Of a DNA stretch of 64,000 bases, positions 16,542 to 27,367 are shown piece by piece (position 1 is the first letter of the stretch; each line of letters begins with the position of its first letter). Both the position numbers and the translations under genes were made by a program. The DNA comes from Planctomycetota bacterium. GTDB taxonomy: Bacteria; Planctomycetota; UBA1135; UBA2386. The DNA lies in assembly GCA_046290465.1 (NCBI GenBank), contig JBKAGP010000001.1:4320001-4384000 (forward strand). Reading direction: 5' to 3'. The notes under the pieces are model-generated. The model was not told where the DNA came from. It worked only from the letters and a program-made list of their open reading frames with translations, and ran no database searches.

Positions 16542-18887
16542 TCAGAGCTGCGAGTAGTGCAGCTCGATCGCGTCCGACGTGATCCAGCCGAACGGGTTGT
16601 GCCCCGGCGTGTAGACCGCCCACTGGAACGTCAGCAGGGCGCCGTCGGGGACGCCGAGGGGGATCGGCAGGCCGACCGTCGCAAAGCCGAACGGCGACAC
16701 GACCGCCGGCATCGCGGCGAGCAGCGGCAGGCCGAGTTCGAGCACGCAGCCCGGTGCGCCGGGGATGATCGACGACTGCGACACCGGGCTGATCATCAGC
16801 GCCGCGAGCGCGCCGGGCGGCGCCAGGGCGACGCTGAGCTGGTAGTCGTCGTTGCCGGCGTAGGCCGGGCCGTTGCTGGTCGCGATCGTCGGGGTCGTGC
16901 CGTTGGGGCCCGCGCACGGCAGGCCGGTGCGGATCTCGTTTGGGGCGACCGGCTCGAACCGTCGCGCGTGGATCTCGCTGGGGCCGGACGCGGGGCCGGT
17001 GTCGTCGGTCCACACGATCAACGTGCCGTCGGTCCCGTAGCCGAGTCCCGGGCCGAAGTAGCCGCGCGACGACACCTGCGGCCGGCCGGTGACCGGGCGC
17101 GCCGTCGGTTCGACCGGGCGGTCGTCGGTCGGCACGCTGCCGTCGGCCAGCACGCGGGCGGCGCGCACCACCGCGTTGGCCGCGGTGCTGCTGGCGGCCT
17201 CGTAGTAGGCGACGGTCCACTCGCTGACGCCGGCGCCGATCGACGGGGCGAACGCGTGCTGCGACGACGCCCGCACGGCGAACGGCGAGCCGATCGGCCC
17301 GTTCTCGTCGAACCGGTGCGCCTGGATCGTGCCGTTCTCCTGCCAGACGATGCAGTGGCCGCTGTTGTTGTAGAACTGCGATTCGTTGAGCACCGCGATG
17401 TCGGGCGTGCCCTCGTCGCCGAACTGGCTGCTGCCGCCCGGCACGCCGGCCACCGGATCGAGCAACGACAGCGTCGGCACCCCCGCGAACGAACCGGTGA
17501 TGCGCACCTCGAACGCGGCGCTCAGCACGTCGGCCTGCTGCAGGATGCCGCCGCCCGATGCCTCCCAGACCGCGCGCGTGCGCAGCTCGAACAGGTAGCT
17601 CGGCCACAGCTGCGAGTAGGGCTGCGCCGAACCCGGCAGGCGCACGTCGCGCACGTAGCCGCCGGACACGCTGTGCAGGTCCCAGGTCGTGCTCAGCGAC
17701 GGGGTCAACAGGTTGGCCGGGTTGATCCACGCGCGGGCCTGGATCTTGCGCGGCGCGCTGGCGCCGACCGGTTGGTAGTCCCAGGCGACGATCGCGATCT
17801 GGGCCGACGCGCCGGTGATGCTCGGGCGGCGGGTGTAGGCACCGATCGGCGGGGTCGCGATCGTGATCGTGTAGTCGAGCGATCCGGTCAACGGGTCGAT
17901 CGCGGCGCCGCGGATGCTGCCGACGGTGTCCCAGACGACGAGGAAGCGACCGCTGCAGAACGCGACGGCCGGGTTGCTGGCGTTGCGCAGGTTGGTCACG
18001 TTGAACACGTTGGTGCGCGGCGTGCCGTCACGTTCGTAGATGCGCGCGCGGATGTCCTGGATGCCCTGCGCCAGCGGCCTTTGCCAGGCGACCAGGAAGC
18101 CGCCGTTGAGGGTGTCGTGGGCGACGGCGGGCGAGTTGTCGTCGTAGAACGGATTGCCGATCGAGACCGTCGGCCCGACCGCTGGGTCGATGACCAGCGG
18201 CATCTCGGCGGCGTCGACGAACGCGGCGGCGACGCGCAGTTCGATGCGGCCCCTGCCGTCGTACGACGTCGCGACCTCGACCTGTCGGCCGCCGCCGTCG
18301 AAGGCGATCGCGCTGCCGTAGTGCAGCACCGGGGCGCCGTCGCGAGCGAACACCAGCGGCCCGTGGCGCGGCGCACACGCGGGTGCCTGCAGGTCGCCGT
18401 CGACGTCGATGCCGAGCACCAGGTCGCCCTCGCCGGCCGGCCGCGCGGCGAACACGAACGACTGCTCGAAGCCGGTGCCGGTCGCCTGGTAGCGCTCGGT
18501 GACCTGCGCGTGCTCGAACGACGCGACGTCGACCAGCCCGGTCGGATTGCGTCGAGCCGTGGGGTGGCGGGTGCCGGTCGCGCGACGCCACTCGGCGAGG
18601 CGCAGGCGCAGCAGGCCGCGGGCGTCGCCGTCACCGTCGAGCACGCGGATGGCGGCGCCGCGGGAGTCGAAGCGCGCCTCGTGGATCGTGCCGGTGGCGG
18701 TCAGCGCGCCGTCGGCGGTCGCGGTCAGGCGTTGCTGCGGTGTCGCCGCGCGGAGCGGCGCGACCACGCGTTCTACGGGGTGTTCTACTGGGCGTTCTAC
18801 GGGCGCGGCCTGGGCGGGGGCGAGCGCCGCCGTCAGGCCGACGATCGCGGCTGCGCGCAGCGCGAACGAAAGGCTGGAGTGTTGCAT
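16542..18887 (-). CDS. Exported hypothetical protein with shared C-terminal domain; paralog of 25040-27367
   Basis: Signal peptide APA-Q; GFEQSFVF..RPAGEGDLVLG and MPLVIDPAVGP; ends FGWITSDAIELHYSQL. Confidence 0.8.
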   Translation of the reverse strand: MQHSSLSFALRAAAIVGLTAALAPAQAAPVERPVEHPVERVVAPLRAATPQQRLTATADGALTATGTIHEARFDSRGAAIRVLDGDGDARGLLRLRLAEWRRATGTRHPTARRNPTGLVDVASFEHAQVTERYQATGTGFEQSFVFAARPAGEGDLVLGIDVDGDLQAPACAPRHGPLVFARDGAPVLHYGSAIAFDGGGRQVEVATSYDGRGRIELRVAAAFVDAAEMPLVIDPAVGPTVSIGNPFYDDNSPAVAHDTLNGGFLVAWQRPLAQGIQDIRARIYERDGTPRTNVFNVTNLRNASNPAVAFCSGRFLVVWDTVGSIRGAAIDPLTGSLDYTITIATPPIGAYTRRPSITGASAQIAIVAWDYQPVGASAPRKIQARAWINPANLLTPSLSTTWDLHSVSGGYVRDVRLPGSAQPYSQLWPSYLFELRTRAVWEASGGGILQQADVLSAAFEVRITGSFAGVPTLSLLDPVAGVPGGSSQFGDEGTPDIAVLNESQFYNNSGHCIVWQENGTIQAHRFDENGPIGSPFAVRASSQHAFAPSIGAGVSEWTVAYYEAASSTAANAVVRAARVLADGSVPTDDRPVEPTARPVTGRPQVSSRGYFGPGLGYGTDGTLIVWTDDTGPASGPSEIHARRFEPVAPNEIRTGLPCAGPNGTTPTIATSNGPAYAGNDDYQLSVALAPPGALAALMISPVSQSSIIPGAPGCVLELGLPLLAAMPAVVSPFGFATVGLPIPLGVPDGALLTFQWAVYTPGHNPFGWITSDAIELHYSQL

Positions 18888-19069
18888 GCCACGGGTAGCG
18901 GCAGCGCTCGCCCGTGCCGCACCCGAATCCGCGGGATGCCGTTCCTTTCTCGACCCGTCGGGCCACGGGACCTCGGAGGGGCCTTACCGGGCGGGCAGTG
19001 CAGGTCCTATACAGGTGGCATGATTCTCATCGCAGGAGCCCCGGCGCGGGCCGAGACGGAGGAGTGCTG

Positions 19070-19951
19070 ATGGAGGACGTTCGCGAGATCACGCCGACGG
19101 TGCACGACCTCGGCGACTTCAAGGTTCGCCGGGTGTTGCCGAGTCGACCGCGCACGATGGTCGGGCCGTTCTTGTTCGTCGACGAATTCGGTCCCGCGCA
19201 GATGGCGACCGGCAAGGGCATGGACGTCCGGCCGCATCCGCACATCCACCTGGCCACGGTCACCTACCTGTTCGAGGGGGCGATCCACCACCGCGACAGC
19301 CTCGGCTCCAGCGCGGTGATCCGGCCGGGCGCGGTCAACCTGATGACGGCCGGTCGCGGCATCGTGCACAGCGAACGCTCGCCACAGGAAGAACGCGACC
19401 GCGGCGTGCGGCTCTACGGCATGCAGACCTGGCTGGCGCTGCCGGACGGCGGCGAGGACGTGGACCCGCGGTTCGATCACGTCGCGGCCGAGCAGCTGCC
19501 GGTGGTCGAGTCCGAAGGCGCCTCGGCCCGCGTGCTGATGGGCACGCTGTGGGGCGCGACCGCGGCGACGCCGCAGCACAGCCCGACGATCTACGCCGAC
19601 GTGGTGCTGCGCGGTGGCAAGGTCCCGGTCGACGCCGACGCCGACGAACGCGCGGTGCTGGCGACCGAGGGCGACGTGACGCTCGACGGCGCGCGGCTGG
19701 AGCCGTTCACGCTCTACGTGCTCGCGCCGGGCCACGCCGCGACGCTCGCCGGCACCGGTCGCGCGATGCTGCTGGGCGGCGAGGCGTTCGCGACGAGGCG
19801 CCACGTCTGGTGGAACTTCGTGTCGTCGAGCCGCGAGCGCATCGACCAGGCGAAGCGGGACTGGCAGGAGCATCGCTTTCCGCTCGTGCCGGGCGACGAG
19901 CACGAGCGCATCCCGATCCCGGACGTGCCCAAGACGCGCAGCCACGACTGA
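19070..19951 (+). CDS. Pirin family protein
   Basis: VGPFLFVD, HPHIHLATVTY, MTAGRGIVHSE, QTWLALP, WWNFVSS; GGAGGAG RBS. Confidence 0.95.
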   Translation: MEDVREITPTVHDLGDFKVRRVLPSRPRTMVGPFLFVDEFGPAQMATGKGMDVRPHPHIHLATVTYLFEGAIHHRDSLGSSAVIRPGAVNLMTAGRGIVHSERSPQEERDRGVRLYGMQTWLALPDGGEDVDPRFDHVAAEQLPVVESEGASARVLMGTLWGATAATPQHSPTIYADVVLRGGKVPVDADADERAVLATEGDVTLDGARLEPFTLYVLAPGHAATLAGTGRAMLLGGEAFATRRHVWWNFVSSSRERIDQAKRDWQEHRFPLVPGDEHERIPIPDVPKTRSHD

Positions 19952-20008
19952 CGACGGTCGCCGGCTACGGCTTCTCGATCGTGCCCCGGTAGTCGATCGC
20001 GACCACGC

Positions 20009-20527
20009 TTAGAAGCAGCGCGCCAGCCCGACGCCGATCAGCGGCCCGACGAACCACGCGCCGTTCGCCTGCGGGAGCGGCTGGCTGACCGACGGGAGCT
20101 GCGCCAGCACGATCGCAGAACCGCTGCCGATCGGCTTCGGCAGCAGCCGCAGTTCGAAGCCATCGGTCACGACCTGGCCGGTCAGCAGGTAGTCGCCGGG
20201 TGGCAGGTCGACCTCGATCCTGCCGTCGAAGCTGTGGGCCCATCCGTGGGAGCGGTTGCGCAGCGTCAGGTGCAGTTCGTGCACGCCCGGTTCGAGCAGG
20301 TAGCGGCGCGCGTCGTCGCTGCCGTCGACCGACCAGATGCGGGTGGCCGCCGCGCCGCGCCGACGGCGGCCGCCGTTGACGCCGCCGTCCTCCTCGATGA
20401 TCGCCAGGATGTGCTCCGGCATCTCGGGCGGCGCCAGGTCCAGCGTCGCGGCGCACGACGTCAGGGACAGCAGGGTCAGGGAAGCCGCCAGCAGGCAGGC
20501 GGCAGCAGCGGGTGTGCGTTGCGTCAT
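20009..20527 (-). CDS. Hypothetical lipoprotein with C-terminal hydrophobic segment
   Basis: Lipobox LTSC; LEPGVHEL beta-sandwich motif. Confidence 0.6.
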   Translation of the reverse strand: MTQRTPAAAACLLAASLTLLSLTSCAATLDLAPPEMPEHILAIIEEDGGVNGGRRRRGAAATRIWSVDGSDDARRYLLEPGVHELHLTLRNRSHGWAHSFDGRIEVDLPPGDYLLTGQVVTDGFELRLLPKPIGSGSAIVLAQLPSVSQPLPQANGAWFVGPLIGVGLARCF

Positions 20528-20640
20528 GTCGGCACGTCGCGGCGGCGACGGCCGCGCCAAGCGCGACCGTGGTCGGGGTGTTGCGCAGGGAGACGCGAAC
20601 CGGGTTGCAACAGGTCGGTGCGCACTGCTCCACTGGCCCC

Positions 20641-21288
20641 ATGTCCGAGCAACCGCCGGTGCGACTGGAGTCCCTCGAAGGCGAAGGCGACGGCCGCCGC
20701 TACTCGCCGTCGGCCGGCCGCAACCGGGAGGCGCTGGTCGACGCCCTGGTCGCCGAACTGCCCGAACGCGGCAGGTGCCTCGAGGTCGCGGCAGGAACGG
20801 GGGAGCACGCGGTGCTGGCGGCGACCCGGTTGCCGGGTTGGACCTGGCTGCCGACCGATCGGGATCCCGAGGCGCTGGCCTCGATCCGCGCCTGGGTCGC
20901 CCACGCTGCGCTGCCCAACCTGCGCGAGCCGGCGGCGCTGGACCTCGCCGATGCGTGGCCGTGTGCACCGGCGTCGCTCGACGCGGTGTTCGCCAGCAAC
21001 GTGATGCACATCGCGCCGATCGCGACCACCGAGGCGCTGTTCCGCGGTGCGGCGACCCACCTCGGACCCGGCGGCGTGCTGCTGGTCTACGGCGCGGTGT
21101 TCCTGCCCGACGAGCCGCGGCCCGCGGGCAACGTCTCGTTCGACCGCGAACTGCGCGAGCAAGACCCGGCCTACGGAGTGCGCACGCTGGCCGAGATCTC
21201 GCAGCTTGCGCATTCCAACGGCCTGTCGGCACCGTCGGTGCGGCGGATGCCGGCCAACAACGTGATGCTGCGGTTCGAGCTCGCCTGA
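20641..21288 (+). CDS. DUF938-like SAM-dependent methyltransferase
   Basis: SPSAGRN, LEVAAGTGEH, NVMHIAP, LLVYG, FDRELR, MPANN. Confidence 0.88.
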   Translation: MSEQPPVRLESLEGEGDGRRYSPSAGRNREALVDALVAELPERGRCLEVAAGTGEHAVLAATRLPGWTWLPTDRDPEALASIRAWVAHAALPNLREPAALDLADAWPCAPASLDAVFASNVMHIAPIATTEALFRGAATHLGPGGVLLVYGAVFLPDEPRPAGNVSFDRELREQDPAYGVRTLAEISQLAHSNGLSAPSVRRMPANNVMLRFELA

Positions 21289-21362
21289 CCCGGGCGTCGC
21301 AGTTTCGTCGCTTCTGGCCTGCCGCCTCTGCGCGGCCGCGCCCGATCGGCCACAATGCGCCG

Positions 21363-22868
21363 ATGAGCTCCCTCCGACTCGTTCCTGCCGTGTTGCTGTG
21401 CAGCGCGTTCGCGTTGCCGGCGCAGCAGCCGGCCGAAGCGTCGACCGACGCCTGGATGAACTGCTTCGCCGTGGTCGCGGGCAAGGACTGCACCGTCGAC
21501 GGCAGCGTCCTGGTCGCGCACAACGAGGACAGCGGCGTCGACTCCGCCGTGCACCACTGGAAGGTCCCCGCATACCGCCACTCGGAGGGTTCCGTGCGAA
21601 CGCTGCTCGAGGGTGGCACGGTGCCGTACGATGCCGAGACGCCGGCGTACATCTGGTGCCAGATGCCGGGGCTGAAGTACTCGGACACCTACTTCAACGA
21701 GCACGGCGTCGCGGTCGTGACCAACGCGTGCAAGTCGCGCGAGGACCGGCCCGAGCTGACCGACGGCGGCATCACGCTGCTGCTGCGCCGGATCGTCGGC
21801 GTGCGCGCGACGTCGGCGCGGCACGGCGTCGAGATCGCGACCGGGCTGCTGGCGCGGTTCGGCTACGGCGACAGCGGTCGCTGCATGACGATCGCCGACG
21901 GCAAGGAGGCGTGGATCCTCGACATGGTGCACGGCAAGCACTGGGCGGCGGCGCGCGTCCCGGACGATCGGGTCGCGGTGGTGGCCAACCACTTCTCGAT
22001 CCACCACGTCGATCCGGACGACACCGACAACTTCGTGCTGAGTCCGCGGCTGATCGAGTACGCGACCGAACGCGGCTGGTACGACGCCGAGCGCGACGGC
22101 CCGTTCGACTTCGCGACCGTCTACGGCGGCGACGGCGCGCGCCGCCACCGCAGCAACGTGCGCCGCGCCTGGCGCGCCAACAACCTGATCGGCGCCGAGC
22201 AGGTCGCCGAGGCCTGGCTGCAGCCGACATTCGTCGCGCCCAAGCGCAAGGTCGGTCTGCGCGACCTGATGGGCGTGCTGCGGGACCACTACGAGGGCAC
22301 GGAGTACGACAAGTCGCTCGGCTACCACCTGAGCACGCCCAACAAGAACGGCGCCACGATCTGCGCCGGCGGCACGTCGTTCTCGACGGTGTTCCAGCTG
22401 CGCACAGACCTGCCGCCCGCGATCGGCGCGGTGATGTGGATCGCGATGGGGCGGCCCGACGCCAGCGTCTACGTGCCGTGGTACGCGGGCATCGATCAGG
22501 TGCCCGACGGCTATTCGACCGGCACCTGGCTGGAGGCCGAGATGCGCCACATGGATCCGGGGTTCCAGAAGCTCGGTTCGCCGGCACGCTTCGCCGCGGT
22601 CAACGACTACCAGCGCCGCCTCGACCGCGTCTACGGCAGCCACTTCCACGAGATGGACGACGCGCGCGACGCGCTCGAGGCGAAGTGGATCGCGGCGCAG
22701 CCGGCGTTCGAGGCCAGGATGGCGCGGCTGCATGCGAAGGATCCGGCCGGGGCGAAGCGGGCGCTGACCCGCCACTGTGCGGAGCTGCAGAGCGAGGCTG
22801 CCGAGCAGGTGGCCGACTGGGCGGCCAGGCTGCAGCAGGCGACGGCGGCCTCGGCGCGCGGCCGGTAG
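21363..22868 (+). CDS. Exported C69 family dipeptidase (Ntn hydrolase)
   Basis: Signal peptide; CFAVVAGKDCTVDGSVLVAHNED, NEHGVAV, IADGKEAW. Confidence 0.88.
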   Translation: MSSLRLVPAVLLCSAFALPAQQPAEASTDAWMNCFAVVAGKDCTVDGSVLVAHNEDSGVDSAVHHWKVPAYRHSEGSVRTLLEGGTVPYDAETPAYIWCQMPGLKYSDTYFNEHGVAVVTNACKSREDRPELTDGGITLLLRRIVGVRATSARHGVEIATGLLARFGYGDSGRCMTIADGKEAWILDMVHGKHWAAARVPDDRVAVVANHFSIHHVDPDDTDNFVLSPRLIEYATERGWYDAERDGPFDFATVYGGDGARRHRSNVRRAWRANNLIGAEQVAEAWLQPTFVAPKRKVGLRDLMGVLRDHYEGTEYDKSLGYHLSTPNKNGATICAGGTSFSTVFQLRTDLPPAIGAVMWIAMGRPDASVYVPWYAGIDQVPDGYSTGTWLEAEMRHMDPGFQKLGSPARFAAVNDYQRRLDRVYGSHFHEMDDARDALEAKWIAAQPAFEARMARLHAKDPAGAKRALTRHCAELQSEAAEQVADWAARLQQATAASARGR

Positions 22869-23204
22869 GCGTCGCCGATCGCGGTCCGGTGCGCGATGGC
22901 GCGCACCACCGCCACCTCGCTGCCGTGATGCCGACGCCCGCTGCTCGGCGGCGGCACGAGCACCACCGTGCGCGACGACGCCGTTGGCACGGGGAGTTGC
23001 GTAGGAGCTCGAGTGCGCACGGGCCGAGCCGCGAACGCGCACGTGCCCGCCGGCGAACGTGCGAGTGATCAGGGCCATTTCCAGCACCGTGGCCGCATGT
23101 GCCCGCTGCCCCGGAAATGTGTCCATCGAACGGTCCCCGCCCAAATGCGTCTCACGGGGCACGTATCAGCGCCCGCTCGCAATCCACGAACCCCAGGTGC
23201 TGCG

Positions 23205-25031
23205 ATGGAGACGTTCGAGAACAGAGTTGGTGCGACCGGTGCGGTCGCCTCGTCGATCCGGTCGAGTTCGTTCGGTTGCGCGCTGTGCGCGATCGCGGTC
23301 GCGCAGGCGCCGCAGCCGTTCGCGCCGCCACAGCTGAGCCCGTACGACTCGGTGTCGCCCGACATCGCGGCGCTCGACGCCAATCGCGACGGGCAGGTCG
23401 ACGTGTTGTCGCCGGGGCTGTTCTTCGGCTCGCTGCTGGTGAGCATCGACGAGCACGGCCGCACGCTGGCGAGCAGCCCGGTCACCGCCGGCTTCGTCGC
23501 CAACCCGCGCCACACGGTGTCGCCGGCGCCGATCGCGGTGCACGGCGGCGACCTCGACGGCGACGGCCGCGAGGACCTGATCTTCGTCACCTCCGAGGGT
23601 TCCGTGCACGTGCAGCGCAACCTCGGGGCGCGGCGGCTGGCTGCGATCGACTTCGCGCCGCCGCAGACGATCTCCTACGTCGGCGGTCTGCTGCCCAACT
23701 CGCCGCCGTTCTCGCGCATCACCGTCGCGACGATCGTCGTCGACGACTTCGACGGCAACGGCGAGGCCGACATCGCGGTCGGCTTCGGCGTGCACGACGG
23801 CTGGAACGCGGTCGCGCGGCCGGGCCTGGTCGCGTGCTACCTCGCCGACGGTGCCGGAGCCTACGTGTCGCGCGTGCTGCCGCTCACCGGCAGCGTCTGT
23901 GACCTCGAGTGGGCCGACCTCGACGGCGACGGCCAGCGTGACCACTTCGTCGTCGTGGCGGAGGACGGCGGCAACGGCGCCTACTTCCACCACCTGCACC
24001 ACCTGTGCGTGCAGAACGGCGCGCTGGTGCCGGTCGGGGCCGCGGTCGCGCTCGGAACGGCTCGTCCGGTCGCGTTGGAGGTCGGTGACGTCGACCTCGA
24101 CGGCATGCCGGACTACGTGCTGGCGATGCTGCAGACGGTCGCCGGCCAGGTCGACGCATCGGTCGTCATGTATCCCGGGGACGGAGCCGGCAATCCGAAC
24201 GTCGCGATGAGCAGCACGCTGCCGTTGCCGCCGGCCGCCGGCATCGGTTCGTTCGTGCCGTCGCTGCAGGTCGACGACTTCAACGGCGACGGGGTGCTCG
24301 ACATCGCGACGCTGCGGGGCACGTTGACGACCTACCCGTCGACGTCGACGCCGAGCGAGGTCGGCGAGGCCGAGCTGATCGTGCACATGGGGCCGACGCC
24401 GTTCCTGGCATCGCCGCAGACGGTGCCACTGGCGACCAAGGTCTACTTCGGCGACACCACGACAACGCTGTCGGCGGTGCGCCCGGTGTGGACCGAGCCC
24501 GACATGCTGTGCACGTTCGACCTGGGCAGTGACGGCAACGCCGACCTGATGATCGCCGGGGCGCGCACGCTGGCGCAGCCCAACTCGGTCACGCGCGTCA
24601 CGCTGCGCAACGGTTCGCCGCCGCGGCTCGGGCTGCCGGCACGCGTCAAGGTCGGCGAGCCGTCGGGCGGCGATCCCACGCGGCCGGCGCGCATCGGCTT
24701 CGACGGGGTGCCGCGCCTGGGCAACGCGGGCTTTCGGTGCACGATCCAGAACGTGCGCGCCAACTGCCTGTGCGGCCTGATGTGGGGGCCGCTCGCGCAG
24801 CAGAACGTCGCCAGCGTCTACGGCTTCGACCTGCACGTCCTGCCGCAGCACCTCGGCCAGCCGCTGATCGCCACCGGGGCGCCGGGCGCGGGCTTCGCGT
24901 CCTACCAGCTGCCGATCCCCAACGCCGCGGCGCTGGTCGGCGACGCCGGCTGCTTCCAGTTCAACTACTACGACCCGGCGATCGACGCCTTCGGCGCGAG
25001 CCAGGGCACGGGTCTTTGGATCGGCAACTGA
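23205..25031 (+). CDS. Exported FG-GAP/VCBS repeat protein with shared C-terminal domain
   Basis: Repeated DxDGDGxxD motifs (DLDGDGRED, DFDGNGEAD, DVDLDGMPD, DFNGDGVLD); ends FGASQGTGLWIGN. Confidence 0.82.
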   Translation: METFENRVGATGAVASSIRSSSFGCALCAIAVAQAPQPFAPPQLSPYDSVSPDIAALDANRDGQVDVLSPGLFFGSLLVSIDEHGRTLASSPVTAGFVANPRHTVSPAPIAVHGGDLDGDGREDLIFVTSEGSVHVQRNLGARRLAAIDFAPPQTISYVGGLLPNSPPFSRITVATIVVDDFDGNGEADIAVGFGVHDGWNAVARPGLVACYLADGAGAYVSRVLPLTGSVCDLEWADLDGDGQRDHFVVVAEDGGNGAYFHHLHHLCVQNGALVPVGAAVALGTARPVALEVGDVDLDGMPDYVLAMLQTVAGQVDASVVMYPGDGAGNPNVAMSSTLPLPPAAGIGSFVPSLQVDDFNGDGVLDIATLRGTLTTYPSTSTPSEVGEAELIVHMGPTPFLASPQTVPLATKVYFGDTTTTLSAVRPVWTEPDMLCTFDLGSDGNADLMIAGARTLAQPNSVTRVTLRNGSPPRLGLPARVKVGEPSGGDPTRPARIGFDGVPRLGNAGFRCTIQNVRANCLCGLMWGPLAQQNVASVYGFDLHVLPQHLGQPLIATGAPGAGFASYQLPIPNAAALVGDAGCFQFNYYDPAIDAFGASQGTGLWIGN

Positions 25032-25039
25032 GCGGCGCT

Positions 25040-27367
25040 TCAGAAGTGCGACCAGCTGATGTCGAGGTCGTCCGAGACGATCCAGCCGAACGCGTTCCAA
25101 CCGGGCGTCCAGACGGCCCACTGGAACGCCAGCTGCGCACTGCCCGGTAGCGAGATCGGCATCGGCACGAACGCGACGGCGTCACCGGCGGGGTCGACGA
25201 CGACCGGCAGGATGTCGAGCACCGGAGCGCCCGCGTAGAGGAAGCAGCCGGGTGCTCCCGGGATCGCGGTCGTCGTCAGTTGTTCGCTGATCACCAGCGC
25301 GGCGATCGTCGTCGGCGGCGAGTCGGTCAGGGTGAAGCGGAAGTCGGTGTTGCCGGCGATCGGATCGCCGCCGGCCGTGCCGATCGCCGGTAGCTCGCCG
25401 AGCGGTCCGGGGCACGCCGTGCCGAACGGCGAACTCGACGCGACCACCGGTTCGAAGCGGCGCAGTCGGACCTTGTTGAGCCCCGAGCCGGTGCCGGTGG
25501 CGCCACGCCAGGCGAACATCGCGGTGTTGCGCCGCGCGCCGCCGTTGGCCACCGGCAGCGGTTGCGAGGCGGCGCGCAGGCGGTCCTGGAACGGCCCGTT
25601 GAGCACGTCGATCGCGCGATCGTCGATCGCCTTGGTGCCGTCGAGCAGCACCCGCGCCGCACGCACGTTGCGCGCGAACTCGTTGGGCGGCGTCGCCTCG
25701 AAGTAGGCGACCGAGAACTCGGCGGCGCCGGCGGCCACCGCCGGCTCGGTCTCGTGGTCGCTGCCGGAGCGCACGTCGATGACGCTGCCGACGGGGCCGT
25801 TGAGGTCGTAGCGATGGGCCTGCACGTCGTCCTGGTCGTTCCACGCGACCAGGTAGGTGGCGTCGTTGCCGTAGGCGTAGAACGCATGGGTGTGCACCGC
25901 GATGGCCGGCTGGCTCTCGTCGTCGCCGATCGAGCTCGCGCCGATCACCAGCTGCGGACCGTTGAGCAGCTGGAACTGATCCTGTCGGCGCGCGCGGAAC
26001 AGCGACGTGCGCACGTCGAAGTCCCCCGGCAAAGGGCTCGGGTAGAACCGTTCCCAGACGGCGCGGCTGACGTCCCAGAAGACGTTGGCGCCGGTGCCCT
26101 GCTGCATCAGCAGGTTCTGGGCGAGGCGCACGTTGCGCACGAATCCGGTGGTCGCCGTGTCGAGCACGTGTTCGCTGTCGCAGACCAGCTGTGCCTGCGA
26201 GTTGATGGCGTGCACGTGCGCAGTCAGGATCTGGTTGGGGTCGTTCGCCCCCGCGGCGGTCCGGTCCCAGGCGACCTGCACGCCGGCGAAGTAGGCGGTG
26301 CGGCCGGAGACCGCGGGTCGCCGATCGCGAGCGCCGGGACCGGGCTGGCCGATGTCGATCGCCGCCAGCAGCGGCGCGCCGTCGCTGGCCCGGAAGTGCG
26401 CCAGCTGCACGCGGTCGCCGCGTTCGTAGGCCACGACGAAGCCCGCCGGCCCCCACATCGAAGTCGGCGCGATCGACGGCTGGCGGCTCTGGCCGTTGCC
26501 GGTCAACGCGACCATGGTGCCGACGGCAGCGCCGTCGCGGTCGTAGAGCTGGCCGCGCAGGTCGGTCGAGCCCGACGTCCACGTCCTGGTCCAGACGACC
26601 AGGTAGTGCTCGGTCGACTCCTCGAACGCGACGTCGGGCTGCGAGTCGTTGTAGTAGGGGCCACCGGGGCTCAGCACCGGCCCGACCGCGGGATCGACGA
26701 CCACCGGGTAGCTCGCCGCATCGAGGAACGCGCCGGGCACGATCAGCTCGATGCGGCCGTGACCGTCGTAGCGCGTCGCGACCTCGACCGGATCGCCGCC
26801 GCGCTCGAACACGATCGCCTCGCCGTAGCGGACGGCGTCGCCGGCGGGCGAACGAAACTCGATCGCCTGGTGCTCTGCGGTGGTCCTCGCTGCGACGTGG
26901 TCGCCGGTGACCGCCACCCCGAGCACCAGGTCGCCGTGGCCGGCGGGCCGCTGGCGCAGCACGAACGACTGCTCGAAGCCGGACGCGCATAGCGTGTAGC
27001 GCTCGACCAGATCCCCGTGATCGTAGACCACCGTCGCGGCGCCCTGCCGTCGGCCGGCCGCGTGCGGATCGACGTCGAGCGCGACCGAACGAGCGGCGTC
27101 GTGCAGCCGCAGCGTCAGCGGGGCGTGCGAGCGCGGGTCGGCGGCGCCGGTCCAGATGCCCGCGCCGGCGGCGTCGAAGCGAGCCCGGTAGCAGGCACCG
27201 TCTGCCTGCAGCGAGCCGTCCGCGGCCCGGAACAGGCCGGCGCCGTGCCGGCGCGCGGCGAGGTCTGCGGCGAGACCTTCTCGTTGTGCTGCGACGGAGG
27301 TCAGGCCGGAGAACAGCGCGGTCGCCAGGGCGGCCACGCGAACGAACGTGCGGGGAGAGCGGGTCAT
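25040..27367 (-). CDS. Exported hypothetical protein with shared C-terminal domain; paralog of 16542-18887
   Basis: Signal peptide VAA-Q; GFEQSFVL..RPAGHGDLVLG and YPVVVDPAVGP; ends FGWIVSDDLDISWSHF. Confidence 0.8.
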   Translation of the reverse strand: MTRSPRTFVRVAALATALFSGLTSVAAQREGLAADLAARRHGAGLFRAADGSLQADGACYRARFDAAGAGIWTGAADPRSHAPLTLRLHDAARSVALDVDPHAAGRRQGAATVVYDHGDLVERYTLCASGFEQSFVLRQRPAGHGDLVLGVAVTGDHVAARTTAEHQAIEFRSPAGDAVRYGEAIVFERGGDPVEVATRYDGHGRIELIVPGAFLDAASYPVVVDPAVGPVLSPGGPYYNDSQPDVAFEESTEHYLVVWTRTWTSGSTDLRGQLYDRDGAAVGTMVALTGNGQSRQPSIAPTSMWGPAGFVVAYERGDRVQLAHFRASDGAPLLAAIDIGQPGPGARDRRPAVSGRTAYFAGVQVAWDRTAAGANDPNQILTAHVHAINSQAQLVCDSEHVLDTATTGFVRNVRLAQNLLMQQGTGANVFWDVSRAVWERFYPSPLPGDFDVRTSLFRARRQDQFQLLNGPQLVIGASSIGDDESQPAIAVHTHAFYAYGNDATYLVAWNDQDDVQAHRYDLNGPVGSVIDVRSGSDHETEPAVAAGAAEFSVAYFEATPPNEFARNVRAARVLLDGTKAIDDRAIDVLNGPFQDRLRAASQPLPVANGGARRNTAMFAWRGATGTGSGLNKVRLRRFEPVVASSSPFGTACPGPLGELPAIGTAGGDPIAGNTDFRFTLTDSPPTTIAALVISEQLTTTAIPGAPGCFLYAGAPVLDILPVVVDPAGDAVAFVPMPISLPGSAQLAFQWAVWTPGWNAFGWIVSDDLDISWSHF

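Noticed and set aside
18770..18805. 12-bp tandem repeat (PVER/PVEH/PVER), and the Pro/Thr repeats near 40230-40300
   Set aside because: In-frame low-complexity linkers with no evidence of phase variation.
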